Of a stretch of 64,000 nt of DNA, positions 9,941-19,075 are shown in pieces; the first letter of the stretch is position 1, and every line of letters starts with the position of its first letter. The notes beneath the pieces are model-generated. The model did not search any database and was not told the DNA's origin. It saw only the letters and a list, made by a program, of their open reading frames with translations. The translations under genes and the position numbers were made by a program. The stretch is from Sediminibacterium sp. (GTDB lineage: Bacteria > Bacteroidota > Bacteroidia > Chitinophagales > Chitinophagaceae), in contig JBHAFM010000152.1 in NCBI GenBank assembly GCA_041856175.1, positions 19,460 to 83,459 on the forward strand, given 5' to 3'.

Positions 9941-11683
9941 TTATTTTAAACGTATTTCACTTACACTGCAGCCCTGGGGTACCATCGGGAACACATTGTT
10001 CTCCTTGCCTACCATTACCTCCAGCAGGTAAGATCCATTGTGGCTAAGCATTGTGGACAATGCTTCTTCCAGGTTTTCTCTTTTTGAAACCTTCTGCCCT
10101 GCGATACCATAGCCTTTTGCTACCATAACGTAATCGGGACTGGCAATGTCAACAAAAGAATAACGCTTATCGTGGAATAACTGCTGCCATTGTCTTACCA
10201 TTCCGAGGAACTGGTTGTTCAGGATCAGTATCTTCACATTCAGTTCTGTCTGCATAATCGTTCCTAATTCCTGGATGGTCATCTGTACACCACCATCACC
10301 TATGATCGCAACAACAGTACGTTCCGGAGCGCCGAATTTAGCACCGATAGCTGCAGGCAATGCAAAACCCATGGTTCCCAGGCCACCCGAAGTAATATTA
10401 CTCCTTGTATGGTTGAACTTTGCATAACGGCATGCCACCATCTGGTGTTGCCCTACATCGGTAACAATGATGGCATCACCACTGGTGAGCTCGTTGAGGA
10501 TGCGCAATACCTCTCCCATGGTGAGTTGTTCCGTGGTTGGGTTTAACTCATTATGGATGACCTCGGTATTTTCTTCCTGCTGATAGCTCCTGAATTTTTC
10601 CACCCACTGCGGATGCACTTTGGTCTCTACCAGGTCGGTCAGTAATGGCAGGGTTTCTTTACAATCGCCCCATACACCTACTGTAGCTTTTACATTCTTA
10701 TCAATCTCAGCAGGGTCAATATCAAGATGGATCACTTTAGCCTGCTTTGCATACTTATCTAACCTGCCTGTAACGCGGTCATCAAAGCGCATCCCAATGG
10801 CGATCAGCACATCGCATTCATTGGTCAGTACATTCGGGCCATAATTTCCATGCATACCCAGCATACCCACATTCAACGGGTGATCGCTGGGGAGTGCACT
10901 CAATCCCAGAATGGTCCATGCAGCGGGTATACCACTTTTTTCGATGAACGCTTTAAACTCATTTTCGGCCTTGCCCAATATCACGCCCTGTCCGAAAATT
11001 ACAAATGGCTTTTCTGCTGCATTGATCAGCTTTGCAGCTTCTTCAATGTATTCTTTTCTTACGATGGGTTTGGGACGATAACTGCGGATATGATTGCATT
11101 TCTCATAGCCATCGTATTCAAACTTTTGCAGTTGTGCATTCTTGGTAATATCTATCAATACCGGCCCGGGCCTTCCGCTTTTAGCAATGTAAAAGGCTTT
11201 GGCCATTACTGCCGGTATCTCTGTGGCATCAGTTACCTGGTAGTTCCATTTGGTTACAGGGGCCGTGATATTGATCACGTCTGTTTCCTGGAAAGCATCT
11301 GTACCTAATAAGTGGGCAAATACCTGCCCGGTCACACATACTAAAGGTGTACTGTCTATCATCGCGTCTGCCAGGCCTGTAACGAGGTTTGTTGCACCGG
11401 GGCCGCTGGTTGCAAACACAACGCCTACTTTGCCGGATGCACGGGCATAGCCCTGGCCGGCATGGATGCCGCCCTGCTCGTGCCTTACCAGGATATGTGT
11501 CAGCTTTTCATGATAGTCATACAATGCATCATAGATAGGCATGATGGCGCCGCCGGGATACCCGAAAATAGTATCCACTTCTTCTGCAATAAAAGCTTCC
11601 AGCACAGCCTGTGATCCGGATATCTCTACCGGTGTTTTTTTTGCTGTTGCTTTTTTATTTTTTATGATCTCTACTGTTTCCAT
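9941..11683 (-). CDS. ilvB: Acetolactate synthase large subunit
   Basis: 580 aa ThDP enzyme with the GDGG ThDP-binding motif (IIGDGGVQMTIQEL). Confidence 0.95.
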   Translation of the reverse strand: METVEIIKNKKATAKKTPVEISGSQAVLEAFIAEEVDTIFGYPGGAIMPIYDALYDYHEKLTHILVRHEQGGIHAGQGYARASGKVGVVFATSGPGATNLVTGLADAMIDSTPLVCVTGQVFAHLLGTDAFQETDVINITAPVTKWNYQVTDATEIPAVMAKAFYIAKSGRPGPVLIDITKNAQLQKFEYDGYEKCNHIRSYRPKPIVRKEYIEEAAKLINAAEKPFVIFGQGVILGKAENEFKAFIEKSGIPAAWTILGLSALPSDHPLNVGMLGMHGNYGPNVLTNECDVLIAIGMRFDDRVTGRLDKYAKQAKVIHLDIDPAEIDKNVKATVGVWGDCKETLPLLTDLVETKVHPQWVEKFRSYQQEENTEVIHNELNPTTEQLTMGEVLRILNELTSGDAIIVTDVGQHQMVACRYAKFNHTRSNITSGGLGTMGFALPAAIGAKFGAPERTVVAIIGDGGVQMTIQELGTIMQTELNVKILILNNQFLGMVRQWQQLFHDKRYSFVDIASPDYVMVAKGYGIAGQKVSKRENLEEALSTMLSHNGSYLLEVMVGKENNVFPMVPQGCSVSEIRLK

Positions 11684-11722
11684 CGATCAATGATTAAATG
11701 CGAATGATTAATTACTGTTTTC

Positions 11723-13405
11723 TTATGCCTCATCGGTTACACATCCCTGCGAAGCATCTTTTACACACTGTGCGTATTTAAACAACACTCCTTTCTCTGC
11801 TTTCAGCCTGGGCTTTTTCCAATTGGCTCTCCGTTGTGCTATCACTTCCCCGGTCACTTTCAATGTCATCGATTTGGCTGCTACATTCAGTTCTATGATA
11901 TCGTCGTCCTGTACCAATGCAATCAATCCGCCATCGTAGGCTTCGGGAGTGATGTGTCCGACGACGAATCCATGCGTGCCGCCGCTGAACCTTCCATCAG
12001 TAATCAGCGCCACGCTTTTACCCAATCCGGCACCGATAATAGCTGATGTGGGTTTCAACATCTCCTGCATGCCTGGTCCACCCTTGGGGCCTACATAGCG
12101 GATCACCACCACATCTCCATGTTTTATTTTTCCGCTGTTGATACCACTGATCAATTCATGTTCCCCGTCAAACACACGTGCCGGCCCTTCAAAACGTTCT
12201 CCTTCTTTTCCACTGATCTTGGCTACACTGCCGCCTTCGGCGAGGTTACCGTATAAGATCTGCAAATGGCCGGTTGCTTTTATCGGATGTTCTAACGGAA
12301 GGATGATTTTTTGTTGTTCAAAATCCAGGTCGGGCACCATTGCCAGGTTCTCGGCCAGTGTTTTCCCGGTTACTGTGAGGCAATCGCCATGCAGCATTCC
12401 TTTTTGTAACAAATATTTCATCACTGCCGGCACGCCGCCATACTTGTGCAGATCCTGCATCAGGTATTTGCCACTTGGTTTGAAGTCAGCAAGCACTGGT
12501 ACCCTATCACTGATCGCCTGGAAATCATCCTGCGATAATTCCACATCTACACTTTTCGCCATCGCAATCAGGTGCAGTACCGCATTGGTGCTGCCACCGA
12601 GTATCATAATCACTGTGATGGCATTTTCAAATGCTTTACGCGTCATGATATCCCTTGGCTTGATATCTTTCTCCATCAGGTTGCGGATGGCTTTACCGGC
12701 GTCAAGGCATTCCTGTTTTTTCTCTTCACTCAATGCCGGGTTAGAGGAAGAATAAGGCAGGCTCATACCAAGCGCTTCAATTGCTGAAGCCATTGTATTG
12801 GCAGTATACATGCCACCGCATGCACCGGCACCCGGGCAGGCGTGCTGAACAATGCCTTTAAAATCGGCCTCGTCCAATTGTCCTGCTATCTTTTGTCCCA
12901 ATGCTTCAAAAGCAGAAACAATATTCAGGTCTTGTCCTTTATAATGACCAGGTGCAATTGTTCCGCCGTATACCATGATAGCGGGTCGGTTCAATCGTCC
13001 CATTGCGATGAGCGAACCAGGCATATTTTTATCGCAACCAGGCAATGCAATTACCGCATCATAATACTGTGCGCCGCACACTGCTTCGATGGAATCGGCA
13101 ATGATATCACGGCTCACCAATGAGTAACGCATGCCATCTGTTCCGTTACTGATGCCATCACTCACACCAATGGTATTGAAGATCAGGCCTACAAGATCAT
13201 TATCCCATACACCTTGTTTTACTAATTTAGCCAGATCGTTCAGGTGCATGTTGCAGGTATTACCATCGTAACCCATACTTACCACACCTACCTGTGCTTT
13301 TTTCAGGTCATCATCTGTTAAACCAATACCATACAACATGGCCTGTGCGGCTGGTTGTGTTACGTCCTGTGTGATCGTCTTAGAGTATTTATTCAGTTCT
13401 CCCAT
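11723..13405 (-). CDS. ilvD: Dihydroxy-acid dehydratase
   Basis: 560 aa of the IlvD/Edd family ([15 protein letters not shown]). Confidence 0.95.
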   Translation of the reverse strand: MGELNKYSKTITQDVTQPAAQAMLYGIGLTDDDLKKAQVGVVSMGYDGNTCNMHLNDLAKLVKQGVWDNDLVGLIFNTIGVSDGISNGTDGMRYSLVSRDIIADSIEAVCGAQYYDAVIALPGCDKNMPGSLIAMGRLNRPAIMVYGGTIAPGHYKGQDLNIVSAFEALGQKIAGQLDEADFKGIVQHACPGAGACGGMYTANTMASAIEALGMSLPYSSSNPALSEEKKQECLDAGKAIRNLMEKDIKPRDIMTRKAFENAITVIMILGGSTNAVLHLIAMAKSVDVELSQDDFQAISDRVPVLADFKPSGKYLMQDLHKYGGVPAVMKYLLQKGMLHGDCLTVTGKTLAENLAMVPDLDFEQQKIILPLEHPIKATGHLQILYGNLAEGGSVAKISGKEGERFEGPARVFDGEHELISGINSGKIKHGDVVVIRYVGPKGGPGMQEMLKPTSAIIGAGLGKSVALITDGRFSGGTHGFVVGHITPEAYDGGLIALVQDDDIIELNVAAKSMTLKVTGEVIAQRRANWKKPRLKAEKGVLFKYAQCVKDASQGCVTDEA

Positions 13406-13450
13406 GATATATAAGGGTCAAAGCCCATCTTTTATTTTTTATTCAAAAAC

Positions 13451-13480
13451 AAAGCCCCGCCTTTGTGGAGGCGGGGCTTT
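13451..13480 (-). terminator. Intrinsic terminator of the ilv attenuator
   Basis: An 11-bp GC-rich stem, AAAGCCCCGCC / GGCGGGGCTTT, with an 8-nt loop. On the minus strand it is followed by GTTTTTG. It lies between the leader ORF and the ilvD start. Confidence 0.8.
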
Positions 13481-13502
13481 TTATGTTTAGTGTTTTCGTT
13501 AA

Positions 13503-13607
13503 CTATATAAGGGCTCCTCCTCCATTCAGTGCAGGTATGATAATGACAACCACAATAATAACTATTGTGTTAATGATGCTGACATTATGTGATCTGTTTC
13601 TGAACAT
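13503..13607 (-). CDS. Putative ilv operon leader peptide (34 aa)
   Basis: The minus-strand ORF reads MFRNRSHNVSIINTIVIIVVVIIIPALNGGGALI. Twelve of the 14 codons at positions 11-24 are Ile or Val. VVVIIIP resembles the enterobacterial ilvGMEDA leader. The terminator lies directly downstream. Confidence 0.8.
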   Translation of the reverse strand: MFRNRSHNVSIINTIVIIVVVIIIPALNGGGALI

Positions 13608-13623
13608 GTAGGATTCGTTAGCA

Positions 13624-13631
13624 CGAAAGTA
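13624..13631 (-). promoter_or_regulatory. Candidate Bacteroidota -7 promoter box for the ilv leader
   Basis: The minus strand reads TACTTTCG, a 7/8 match to TAnnTTTG. It ends 16 nt upstream of the leader ATG, with a TTG element 19 nt further upstream. Confidence 0.3.
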
Positions 13632-13711
13632 CTCCCACCTGTCGAAAAAACAAAGAACTTTTTATCACTATTTTCTCATTCAGCTGTTTTCCACCAGCAG
13701 CAACGATTGCG

Positions 13712-14827
13712 TTAAATGATGGTTGAACGGTTCAGGCTCGCATTACTGTTGCCTATACCTGCATCTGCATTCCTTTCAATGTGACCCGCTATCAGGTCGC
13801 CGATGGCCGTGGTTGAATAATTGTTCACTGCATCGATATCTTTCGACACAAAACCGTTGGACAACGTCCAGTCCACCGCATTTCTTACTGCCTGTGCTTC
13901 CTCGTGCAACTGAAAATGATCCAGTAACATGGCTGCCGACAATACAGAACCCAATGGATTGGCAATATCTTTCCCTGCTGCCTGGGGATAAGAACCGTGA
14001 ATGGGCTCAAACAGGGCCGCTGTATCACCCACCGATGCAGAAGGCAGTAAACCCAATGATCCGCTTAAGACACTTGCCTCATCACTAATGATATCACCAA
14101 ACATGTTCTCAGTAAGTATCACGTCAAACTGCGCCGGGTTCATAATGATCTGCATGGCAGCATTGTCTACAAACATATAATCAACCGTAACCTCAGGGTA
14201 TTCCTGTGCAATAGCCTGTACCACTTTTCTCCAGAGACGTGAGGTTTCCAGCACATTGGCCTTGTCTACCAAGGTGAGTTTCTTTTTCCTTGTCAATGCA
14301 TACTTGAATGCCAGGTGAGCTACTCTTTCAATTTCATTTTTTGAATAAATACATTCATCAACAGCGGTTGACTGGTCTTCACTTAATTCTTTCTTACCGA
14401 AATAAATACCGCCAGTCAACTCACGGAATACAATAAAATCAACGCCTTCCAACTTTTTAGCTTTTAAGGGCGACAAATGCTGCAAGGCGTGATAAGTAGT
14501 GACCGGGCGAATGTTGGCAAACAATTGTAAAGCTTTTCGCAACTTAAGTAACCCCTGTTCGGGTCTCACTTTTGCCGTTGGATCGTTATCATATTTAGGG
14601 TGGCCGATAGCACCAAAAAGTATCGCATCACTTTTTAAACAGGTTTCAATAGTTTCATCCGGCAAGGGATTACCGGTTTTATCTATGGCATCTGCTCCCA
14701 TGATGCCATAACTGTATTCAAAGGAATGTCCAAAGCGCTGGGCTACTGCATTCAACACTTTCATTGATTGCGCTGTTACTTCCGGGCCTATGCCATCTCC
14801 CAATATAACCGCTATTTTCTTTTCCAT
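13712..14827 (-). CDS. leuB: 3-isopropylmalate dehydrogenase
   Basis: 371 aa starting KIAVILGDGIGPEV, with the MFGDIISDEAS motif. Confidence 0.95.
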   Translation of the reverse strand: MEKKIAVILGDGIGPEVTAQSMKVLNAVAQRFGHSFEYSYGIMGADAIDKTGNPLPDETIETCLKSDAILFGAIGHPKYDNDPTAKVRPEQGLLKLRKALQLFANIRPVTTYHALQHLSPLKAKKLEGVDFIVFRELTGGIYFGKKELSEDQSTAVDECIYSKNEIERVAHLAFKYALTRKKKLTLVDKANVLETSRLWRKVVQAIAQEYPEVTVDYMFVDNAAMQIIMNPAQFDVILTENMFGDIISDEASVLSGSLGLLPSASVGDTAALFEPIHGSYPQAAGKDIANPLGSVLSAAMLLDHFQLHEEAQAVRNAVDWTLSNGFVSKDIDAVNNYSTTAIGDLIAGHIERNADAGIGNSNASLNRSTII

Positions 14828-14956
14828 TCTTTAAGAATTATTTAGAGTCTTTACGCTGCTATTCTCCTGTAAGTGTATACTGATGGTCTCTTATGTATGC
14901 AGGTCCAGCACCTTCCCGAATCATCTTTTAACCATAACATAAAGCTGAATAAAAGG

Positions 14957-14980
14957 CGCGGCATGAGAACATGCCACGCG
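14957..14980 (-). terminator. Terminator-like hairpin between leuA and leuB
   Basis: On the minus strand, CGCGTGGCATG-TTCT-CATGCCGCG (with a 2-nt bulge) is followed by CCTTTTATT. Confidence 0.45.
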
Positions 14981-15007
14981 TACTAAAACTATACATATGA
15001 GAAAATC

Positions 15008-16174
15008 CTAAATAATGGCCGGCTCTGACTTGTATGTCGTGGCCAGTTGGTGCAGGTCAGCTTCTTCCACCTCTTTTTTCTTGTCTGCTACCTGGAGAAA
15101 CGATTTATATAATACATCTATATCATTGCGGTTATATTGATACCCCAATTTTTGAAACCGGTGTGCCAGCGCACTTCTTCCGCTGCGTGCAGTTAACACG
15201 ATCTTACTTCCGTCTGCGCCCACTTCTTCGGGGTTAATGATTTCGTAAGTCTGTGCATCCTTCAAGAAACCGTCCTGGTGTATACCTGAAGAATGCGAGA
15301 ACGCATTAGCGCCAACGATCGCTTTATTAGGCTGTACCGGCATGCGCATGGTATCTGCCACTTCACGGCTGATGGGGTTGAGCTGCTGTGCGTGTATATT
15401 GGTATAAAAACCTATGTCTTTGTGTTGTTTGATGATCATCACCACTTCTTCCAGGGAAGTGTTACCAGCCCTTTCACCCAGGCCATTGATGGTACATTCG
15501 ATCTGGCGGGCCCCGTTGATCACCCCGGCTATGGAGTTGGCTGTGGCCAGACCAAGGTCGTTGTGGCAATGGCAGGAAATCACCGCCTTATCTATATTAG
15601 TTACATTGTTTTTCAGAAAAGCTATTTTCTCGCCGTACTGATGAGGCAGGCAATAACCGGTAGTGTCGGGAATATTTACCACAGTGGCTCCTGCTTTAAT
15701 CACAGCTTCCACTACTGTAGCCAGGTATACATTATCGGTACGGCCGGCATCCTCTGCATAAAATTCAACATCATCGGTAAAATTCCTGGCCCATTTAACC
15801 GCTTGTATGGCCCTTTGCAGTATCTCTTCCCGTGTGGCGTTGAATTTAGATTTGATATGGTAATCGGAAGTTCCAATGCCGGTATGGATCCTGGATCTCT
15901 TCGCATATTTCAGTGCCTGGGCAGCCACTTCTATGTCTTTTTGCACAGCGCGGCTGAGCCCGCATACCGTAGCATTCGTAACAGCTTTTGCTATTTGTGA
16001 GACGGATTCAAAATCACCGGGACTGGATACCGGGAAACCGGCCTCTATAATGTCTACCCCGAGCGCTTCCAGTTTCAGGGCCAGTTCCAATTTCTCTTTT
16101 GTATTGAGTTTGCAACCTGGCACCTGCTCCCCGTCGCGCAGCGTGGTGTCGAAAATATAGACCTGTTGAGCCAT
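15008..16174 (-). CDS. leuA: 2-isopropylmalate synthase, short form without a C-terminal regulatory domain (citramalate or homocitrate synthase not excluded)
   Basis: The DRE-TIM start is [11 protein letters not shown], and the HxH metal site is HCHNDLGLA. At 388 aa it ends soon after the catalytic barrel. Confidence 0.8.
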   Translation of the reverse strand: MAQQVYIFDTTLRDGEQVPGCKLNTKEKLELALKLEALGVDIIEAGFPVSSPGDFESVSQIAKAVTNATVCGLSRAVQKDIEVAAQALKYAKRSRIHTGIGTSDYHIKSKFNATREEILQRAIQAVKWARNFTDDVEFYAEDAGRTDNVYLATVVEAVIKAGATVVNIPDTTGYCLPHQYGEKIAFLKNNVTNIDKAVISCHCHNDLGLATANSIAGVINGARQIECTINGLGERAGNTSLEEVVMIIKQHKDIGFYTNIHAQQLNPISREVADTMRMPVQPNKAIVGANAFSHSSGIHQDGFLKDAQTYEIINPEEVGADGSKIVLTARSGRSALAHRFQKLGYQYNRNDIDVLYKSFLQVADKKKEVEEADLHQLATTYKSEPAII

Positions 16175-16314
16175 GTATCTTTGGTTTTTATTTCGAATTT
16201 AGTCGACCTCAGGGGGGCAATTAGATCAAATTTGGCGTTATTTTACACCCTGTAAACAGTATCCGGCACCTTGTAACCCTTACTGGTATTGGATTTTAGT
16301 CTAAATTAATTACG

Positions 16315-17868
16315 ATGCCCAACCGTTCTACAGATGCGCTTTTTCAACTGGTTCAGTCGCTCGAAAGGTCCGAAAAACGGAATTTTAAGCTATACATGAA
16401 CCGTAATTCGGCTTCCGGCGACCTTAAGATCGTTCAATTATTTGACGCATTGGACAAAATGAAGCAGTACGATGAAGAAAGCCTGCTCAAAAAGAACCCC
16501 TCCCTTCAGAAACAGCAGCTTTCCAACCTGAAAGCGCATTTATACCACGAAGTGCTGGCCAGCCTGCGGCTTTTGAAGCAGCAGGAGAATATTGACCTGC
16601 AATTACACGAGCAGCTGGATTTTGCCCGTTTGCTGTACAACAAGGGACTGTATCACCAGAGCCTGAGGATCCTCGACAGGGTTAAGGAACTGGCAAGGGC
16701 CAATAACCAGGTCACTTATATCCTCCAGGTCTTATTCCTCGAAAAGAAAATAGAATCGCTGCACATTACCCGGAGTATGCAGGACAGGGCCGACCGGTTA
16801 ACGGCTGAAGTAGAAGAAGTGAACTGCAGGCTTACGACCATTGGTATCTTATCTAACCTGTCGCTTCAATTATATAGCTGGTATATCAAGAACGGTCATG
16901 CCCGTAATGAAAAAGACACAGCGGCATTGGATGCTTTCTTTAAACACGAAGTCATTCAGCGGTCGAAGGATTATAAAAGCTTTTATGAACGGCTTTACCT
17001 CTACCAGTGTTATTGCTGGTATGCTTTCATTACACAGGATTTCCTGATGTATTACCGTTATTGCCAGAAATGGGTTGACCTGTTCGATGCCGATCCGAAA
17101 ATGATAGAAATAGAGACTGCGCATTATATCAAGGGCATGCACAATTTAATGAGCGCGCATTTTGACCTGCGCAATTACCAGAAATTCAATGATGCGATCG
17201 GGGCTTTTGAAAAGTTTTCACTTACAGCAGTGATACAGGAAAACCAAAACAACCTGATACAGACTTTTGTTTACCTCACTACCGCCAAGCTGAACAAACA
17301 TTTCATGGAGGGAACATTTACTGAAGGTTTGTCGCTCGTTCCTTATATCATGGACAAGATCAAAGAGTATGAATTATACCTCGACCGTCACAGGGTACTC
17401 GTGTTTTATTACAAGATCGCTTCCCTTTATTTTGGAAGTGGCGACCATGGTAAAAGCATTGATTACCTGAACAAGATCATCAACTGGAAGGTGGATCTGC
17501 GTACCGATCTCCAGTGTTATGCTAGGTTACTGCACCTGATTGCCCATTATGAATTACGCAATTTTGACCTGCTTGAATACCTTTTGAAATCTGTTTACCG
17601 GTTCATGTCAAAAATGGAGAACCTGAGTACGGTTGAAGAAGAAATATTCTCCTTCCTGAGAAAATCATTCCGCCTGTCGCCCCGCCAGCTAAAACCGCAA
17701 TTTGAGACGTTGCTGTCTTCCTTAAAGCCATTGGAAAAGAACCGGCTTGAAAGCCGCGCTTTCATGTACTTAGATATCATTTCCTGGTTAGAGAGCAAGA
17801 TCAACAATAAACCCGTCCAAAGCATTATCAGGGAAAAATACCTTGCTTCCCTGCAAAAAAGCAAGTGA
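16315..17868 (+). CDS. Hypothetical protein, likely all-alpha / TPR-like
   Basis: A 517-aa uninterrupted ORF with no TM segments or signal peptide. Its composition is helical-repeat-like. I recognise no family. Confidence 0.65.
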   Translation: MPNRSTDALFQLVQSLERSEKRNFKLYMNRNSASGDLKIVQLFDALDKMKQYDEESLLKKNPSLQKQQLSNLKAHLYHEVLASLRLLKQQENIDLQLHEQLDFARLLYNKGLYHQSLRILDRVKELARANNQVTYILQVLFLEKKIESLHITRSMQDRADRLTAEVEEVNCRLTTIGILSNLSLQLYSWYIKNGHARNEKDTAALDAFFKHEVIQRSKDYKSFYERLYLYQCYCWYAFITQDFLMYYRYCQKWVDLFDADPKMIEIETAHYIKGMHNLMSAHFDLRNYQKFNDAIGAFEKFSLTAVIQENQNNLIQTFVYLTTAKLNKHFMEGTFTEGLSLVPYIMDKIKEYELYLDRHRVLVFYYKIASLYFGSGDHGKSIDYLNKIINWKVDLRTDLQCYARLLHLIAHYELRNFDLLEYLLKSVYRFMSKMENLSTVEEEIFSFLRKSFRLSPRQLKPQFETLLSSLKPLEKNRLESRAFMYLDIISWLESKINNKPVQSIIREKYLASLQKSK

Positions 17869-18951
17869 TCAAGTTGGTATCACTTTTACAAGAATATCTG
17901 TTGTTGCGGGGAAATCAATGTGCAACCTGCACCCATCGCCGGGTGTAGCCTGCAGCGAGATGCTTCCATTGTAAAGTTCTGCCCGGCTGATGATATTATT
18001 CAGTCCTATTCCTTTTCTTTTTTCTGCCAGGTCAAATCCTATCCCATCGTCTTTGACAGACAGTCTTATTTTTTCATCCCTGTACAATTCAATGATCACA
18101 TTGCTGGCATTGGCATGTTTGATGATATTGTTCATTTGCTCCTGGACAATCCTGAATATATTCAGTTTGAATTCATAATTGATATCTTCTTCATAAAACG
18201 ACTGGGCAAAGAATTCAATATTCATCTCATTGGCGACAAGTATATCCTCTACCAGCCCGTCGATCGCTTTAGCGAGACCAAAGTCCTTGATCAGGGGGGT
18301 TACCAGTGCTTTGGAAAGTTTCCTTATCTCTTCAATGGCAGTGAATATGAACCCTGAGGATTGTTTCAGCAGTTCCTGGTGATTATCGCCTCCTTTCATT
18401 GCCGTGGCGATATACATCATGGCAACTGTCAGCTGCTGGTTAACATTATCGTGCAGTTCTTTACTGATCTCATACCTTTCTTTTTCCTGAACACGTATGA
18501 CTGCTTCCGTGATCTCTTTCTGTTTCAACTGCCTTTCTTCCTGCAATTTGCGCAGGCTTCTTTTCCGTTCCACACTGTATTGAATAGATTTGTACAGCAG
18601 TTTTTCATCAAACTCTCCTTTAACAAGGTAATCCTGCGCTCCCTTTGCCATAGTATCGAGCGCAACATCCATATCTATCAACCCGGTTAAAACAATGATG
18701 GGAATGGTATCTGCGTGCTGGTTAATGAGCAGGTAAGACTGAAGTCCGTTACTATCCGGCAAGGAAAGATCAAGCAATACCAGGTCAACCTCCCGCTGTT
18801 GCAATATTTTCACAGCCATGGCTGCATTTGTTGCTGTATATAATTCCCTTACAGGCAATGCCGATACATGCAGCAACTCTTCCAGCAGGAAAAGATCACC
18901 CGGATTATCTTCCACAATAAGCACAGCCAGCGGCTGGTGATTATCAGACAT
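17869..18951 (-). CDS. Hybrid protein: N-terminal receiver domain fused to a HisKA_3 / HATPase_c histidine kinase
   Basis: The REC domain has VEDNPGD and LLDLSLPDSNG. A coiled coil follows, then the NarX/DegS-type H-box ELHDNVNQQL and the ATPase G-boxes DDGIGF and GIGLNN. There are no TM segments. Confidence 0.85.
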   Translation of the reverse strand: MSDNHQPLAVLIVEDNPGDLFLLEELLHVSALPVRELYTATNAAMAVKILQQREVDLVLLDLSLPDSNGLQSYLLINQHADTIPIIVLTGLIDMDVALDTMAKGAQDYLVKGEFDEKLLYKSIQYSVERKRSLRKLQEERQLKQKEITEAVIRVQEKERYEISKELHDNVNQQLTVAMMYIATAMKGGDNHQELLKQSSGFIFTAIEEIRKLSKALVTPLIKDFGLAKAIDGLVEDILVANEMNIEFFAQSFYEEDINYEFKLNIFRIVQEQMNNIIKHANASNVIIELYRDEKIRLSVKDDGIGFDLAEKRKGIGLNNIISRAELYNGSISLQATPGDGCRLHIDFPATTDILVKVIPT

Positions 18952-19075
18952 ACTTATTGTTTTTGTACATGAGTCCCCTGCTGGTCATACAATGTATCAT
19001 TGACGTGCAAAAAAACACAAACTATTGCTCTGTTGATCAATTTTCACGTTTATTTATCAGAAGCGGTCATCATGT

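Noticed and set aside
15293-16000. A 235-aa plus-strand ORF antisense to leuA. Comparable antisense ORFs occur at 20549..21265 (acyl-CoA ligase), 9336..9815 (ilvN), 12138..12755 (ilvD) and 5290..5811 (thrA).
   Set aside because: Each is wholly contained within a well-supported gene on the opposite strand, and none has any family resemblance.
16175-16314. A search for a Leu-rich leader peptide or attenuator upstream of leuA, and likewise in the leuA-leuB spacer 14828..15007.
   Set aside because: There is no ATG-initiated small ORF in the leuA upstream region. The only small ORF in the leuA-leuB spacer, MLWLKDDSGRCWTCIHKRPSVYTYRRIAA, has no run of regulatory codons.
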